Under the pieces are notes generated by a model that had not been told where the DNA came from, searched no databases, and worked only from the letters and a program-made list of their open reading frames with translations. A stretch of 64,000 bases of DNA, taken from the NCBI RefSeq assembly GCF_009914755.1, contig NC_060926.1. The stretch is one strand, 5' to 3'. The position numbers and the translations under genes were made by a program. Below, one piece after another: positions 58,251 to 64,000 of this stretch (the first letter of the stretch is position 1; each line of letters begins with the position of its first letter). The DNA is from the human T2T-CHM13v2.0 reference genome, Homo sapiens.

Positions 58251-60901
58251 CCCTCCTTTTCTTTTCATTTTGCCTTCTTTTTTTTTTTTTTTTTGAGACG
58301 GAGTCTTGCTGTGTCGCTCAGGCTGGACTGCAGTGGCGCTATCTTGGCTCACTGAAACCTCTGTCTCCCGGGTTCAAGTGATTCTCCTGCCTCAGCCTCC
58401 CGAGTAGCTGGGATTACAGGCACCTGCCACCATGCCCAGCTAATTTTTATATTTTTAGTATAGACGGGGTTTCACCATGTTGGCCAGGCTGGTCTCAAAC
58501 TCCTGACCTCAGGTGATCCACCTGCCTCGGCCTCCTAAAGTGCTGGGTTACAGGCGTGAGCTACCACACCCGGCTGCCTTCATTCTTAAAGGATGTTTTG
58601 CTGGCTATAGAATTCTGGATTGATTTACTTTTTTCTGATCCTATACTTGAAGATATTGTTTCACTGTCTTCTGATATCTATTATTTATAAGAAGAAACAG
58701 CATTCATTTGTATCATCATTCCCTGCATATAGTGAGTTGTTTTCTCTGGCTTTCAAGATTTTCTCTTTATCTTTGGTTTTCAGCATTTTGACTATACTGT
58801 GTGCAGGTATGGTTTTCTTCATATTTTTTTTTTTTGGTGGGGAGAGGGTTACTTAGCTTCTTAAATCTATAAATTTATCTTTCAACCTATTTAGAAAATT
58901 TCAACCTCTTTTTCTTCAAAATAATTTTTCTGTCCCATATTCTCTTCCTTACTTCTGAGACTCCAGTTACACATATTTTAGCTCTTTTGCTATTTCCCCT
59001 CAGTTTCCTGAGAGTCTATTCATTCCCGCCCTCTCCCATCCATTTTCTGTCTGTTACTTAGATTGAGTAATTTTTATTGATTTCTCATCAAGTTTTCTGA
59101 CTTTTTTCTCCTGTCACCTTCAATCTGCTTCTAAGCCTGTCCAGTAAAGCTTTAAATTTCAGATATTAAACTTTTCAATTGTATAATTTACATTTGGTTA
59201 CTATAGTTTTTATTTCTCTGCTTGTATTTTCTTTCATTAATTATGAGTAATATTTTCCTTTATATATGTACTCTGGCACAATTTTAATAGCTGCTTTAAA
59301 GTCTTTGTTATAACTCAACATTTGATGCATGTCAGCATCAGACTCTTGAGTACTGGGGTCACATTTCATTTTTATGTCTAGTAATTTCAGATTGTACCTT
59401 GGATATTGTAAAAGATACCTTGTAGAAGTTTTGGATTCTGTCACATTTCTCCAAAAGGGTTTGTTTGTTTGTTGTTTTAAGTAGGCAATACATATATCCC
59501 TTTCTTCTTTTGTTTAAATGTCAATTTTAGTTTTGCCAGTTGGGTGCAGTGGCTCATGCCTGTAATCCCAGCACTTTGGTAGGTGGAGGCAGGAAAATCA
59601 CTTGGGCCCAGGAGTTTGAGACCAGCCTGGGCAATGTAGACAGACATCATCTCTACAAAAAATAAGAAATTCGCTGGATATGGTGGCATGCACCTGTGAT
59701 CCCAGCTACTTGGGAGGCTGAGGGAGGAGGACCCCTTGAGCCTAGGAGGTCAAAGTTGCAGTGAGCCATGATCATGCCATTGCCCTCCAGCCTGGGTGAG
59801 ACCCTGTCTCTAAAAAATAATAATAATAATTTTTGTCAAAGTGAGATATACACATAATTTTAAAAAGTCTAACACAATGACAAAGCTTGTAATGACAATA
59901 GTAGAACACTATACCACCATTTCCACCCTGAAACCTGCCCCTCAGGAAGAAAAACTTTTAATTCTTTCAGCTGTTTCTTCTATTTACATCTACTTTTCTA
60001 AAAATATTTCTAAAAATATTCATATATATAGATATACACACATAATTTTCATATGTACATATATATGTATATTCATATATACACACACACTTTTTTTTTT
60101 GAGACAGGATCACTCTCTGTTGCACAGGCTGGAGGGCAGTGGCGTGATCATGGTTCACTGCGGCCTTGAACTCCTGGGTTCAAGTGATCTTCCCACCTCA
60201 ACCTCCTGAGTAGCTGGGACTGCAATTGTGCACCACTATGCCTAGCTAATTTTTAATTTTTCTTTTGTAAAGACAGGGTCTCACTATGTTGAACAGGCTG
60301 GTTTCTAACTCCTGGGCTCAGGTGATCCTCCTGCCTCGGCCTTCCAAAGTGTTGGGATTACAGGCATGAACCACCATGCTTGACCTCTCATATTTTTATT
60401 TATATGTTATCTATTGACGTTCTATTATGGAGTCACAAAATTTAGCACACTTAAAACCTCCTTCCCTCTCTTCATACTCCCAATATATTTGTAGTACATT
60501 TTTGTTTATATCAATATTTATACTGTTTATATTATCTCACTATATAACACTTGCTCAATGTTAAGCCAAGTAATATAATACTGATAAGATAAATTTTTAT
60601 TCATATTAGAATTAATAATTGCCCTGTGGGTTGTTTTAGCAGTTTTCTATGTAATAATTACTAGTTCAACCTTAAACTTAGCAATATAATGGTGATACCC
60701 CTCTGAATGTTGATAATTCCTATTGCCTTCAGCTATGCCTGGTATCCCTATGTTTAGATGCTGTAAGTTTCTTAACACACAGTCAGTCTTCTGCTGGAGT
60801 GGGAAAGAAGGTCCATCTGTCTTTGAAAAAGGAGTTCTGGCCGGGGCCGGTGGTTCGTGCCTGTAATCCCAGCACTTTGGGAGGCTGCGGCAGGTGGATC
60901 A

Positions 60902-61123
<222 letters not shown>

Positions 61124-61132
61124 TCAAAAAAA

Positions 61133-61164
<32 letters not shown>

Positions 61165-61429
61165 ATGGAGTTCTAGGGGTCTGAGTGAGCCATGTAAGGT
61201 TTTTCAATGGATCCTTCTCTTTTCATCTGTAACATGAATTTCTGCCTTTAGAGATACCTGGTGCCTCCAAATTCTGAGCATGTCCAAGATCCTCTGGCAA
61301 TATCAGTTTTCTTCTCATTAGCATACTCTTGGTTTTAAGCTTTCATAATTTGAGTAACACTAGTAATTTCTATCTTCCAGAAATCTGCTGACATTGCTTG
61401 TCTGCACCTGTGTTCGTTCTGTGTTTTGT

Positions 61430-61938
61430 CCCTCCACATCCATTAGCCATATTTTTCTGCCCCGCTCCGTATCCTGAGAAGATAACACCTATGGACTTGC
61501 ACTCCTTTGATTTTTGGCATCCAGTTCGATTCAGCTAACTGGAGTGACTGGAAGAAGAATGCAGAGTGGGAGGGGATAGAATAATAGATGTAAGCGCATT
61601 TATTGCCATTGCTGTGCCCCCTTTTTATGTGCCTCTTCCCTGGAGGCTGCTGTGTTGGTAGTGGCAGAAAACTTGTACCTAACTCCATGGCTCCCCTAGG
61701 GTGACTTTCTCCTATGCCTGGAGTTCTTACCAGGTTACAGTAATTATTCTTTCCACTTGCCCCTTGAGGCCTAGGGATGGTGACAGCTTCCCAGTGTTGC
61801 TAGTGCCTGGGTACTTTAGCATCTCTTTTTGGTTCTCTTAATCCTGCCCACACCTCTGTAAATAGTTTCCTCATTAAATTTTCTTCATTTCTCCTTTGAG
61901 CATGCCAATCTGTTTCCTGCCAGAACTCTAACTGCTAT
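61430..61938 (+). mobile_element. LTR33-like (ERVL) solo LTR
   Basis: AGGCCTAGGG..GCTTCCC..TTGCTAGT and CTGCCCACACCTCTGTAAATAGT..CATTAAA..TCTGTTTCCTGCC motifs. 5' edge uncertain. Confidence 0.6.
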
Positions 61939-62103
61939 GTTGCTGTTCACGTTCCCCCTTTACTATGTTTATTCATTTCAAAAATTTTATTCTCATTTTA
62001 GCAGAGTTTCTGGAGGCAACAGAAATAAGTGTCATATGCTCAATCTGATGCGTTTAATTATTGAATATCCTTTTCTCCACTATCCCTATGCATAAGTATT
62101 TGA

Positions 62104-63178
<1,075 letters not shown>

Positions 63179-63593
63179 TAATAGAGACGGGGTTTCGCCA
63201 AGTTGACCAGGCTGGTCTTGAACACCTGTCCTCAAGGAATATTCCTGCCTTGACCTCCCAAAGTGCTGGGATTACAGGTGTGTGCCACTGCCCCCTGCCA
63301 GATGGATGCTATTTCTTGTCATTGCTGAAGCTGCTGGCTCCAATGCTGTTGACATTTCACACCCTCACTGCACCCACACGGGTATGTTCTTCTACACTGG
63401 AAGAAATTTTTCTCAATTCACAGGATCAGAAAATTACATTTTCTCCTATGCTTCTGCTTTTTTATGAATACTGTGGACATGCAACCAACTTTGCTTCTTT
63501 CTTTGAGCCGGCTGCTAGAAAGCTCTTAGCTAAATTTGCATTGTATTTCCAGAGGGTAGAGAGGGTCTTACAGTTTGTATGTATGTTTGGATA

Positions 63594-63926
<333 letters not shown>

Positions 63927-64000
63927 TTGTATATGTTTTAAGTGAATTTTAGACTTCCTTTGTTTGTTTTACCCTTACGTTTTCACTTGTATGTTATTCA

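Overview
Human (primate) genomic DNA, very Alu-dense, with no protein-coding exon in the window. A CpG island at ~28.4-29.9 kb holds a minus-strand promoter and a non-coding first exon (donor CAG|GTGGGT, last exon base 28922) that I recognise from memory as ITSN2 (2p23.3). Bases 1-28921 are therefore intron 1 and ~30-64 kb is upstream intergenic DNA. Intron 1 holds two plus-strand processed pseudogenes, each split by an Alu with target-site duplications (TSDs): an HMGN2 3'UTR copy, and a full-length RPL36A copy interrupted by a near-consensus, very young AluYc-type element. The rest is Alu, L1 (L1PA/L1MA/L1MB), solo LTRs (MER4, MER21, MER31, LTR8, LTR33, MLT1A0), DNA-transposon relics (MER33, MER44, MER53), microsatellites and a decayed 28S rRNA fragment. 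Apart from the RPL36A-derived frames, the ORF-track entries look like Alu, low-complexity, GC-rich or chance frames. I found no convincing new multi-gene system. The strongest oddities are four. (1) A ~42-nt hairpin RNA retrocopy with a perfect 17-bp TSD at 18.26 kb, apparently MER41-LTR-derived. (2) An MLT1A0 LTR whose halves lie on opposite strands, implying an Alu-Alu inversion at 35-36.7 kb. (3) A 27-nt unique flank copied from the Alu at 48.1 kb into the Alu at 52.7 kb. (4) A tailless 58-nt Alu with TSDs, and an Alu-L1 fusion under one TSD pair. Repeat subfamily and gene names come from recalled consensus sequences, not from a search.
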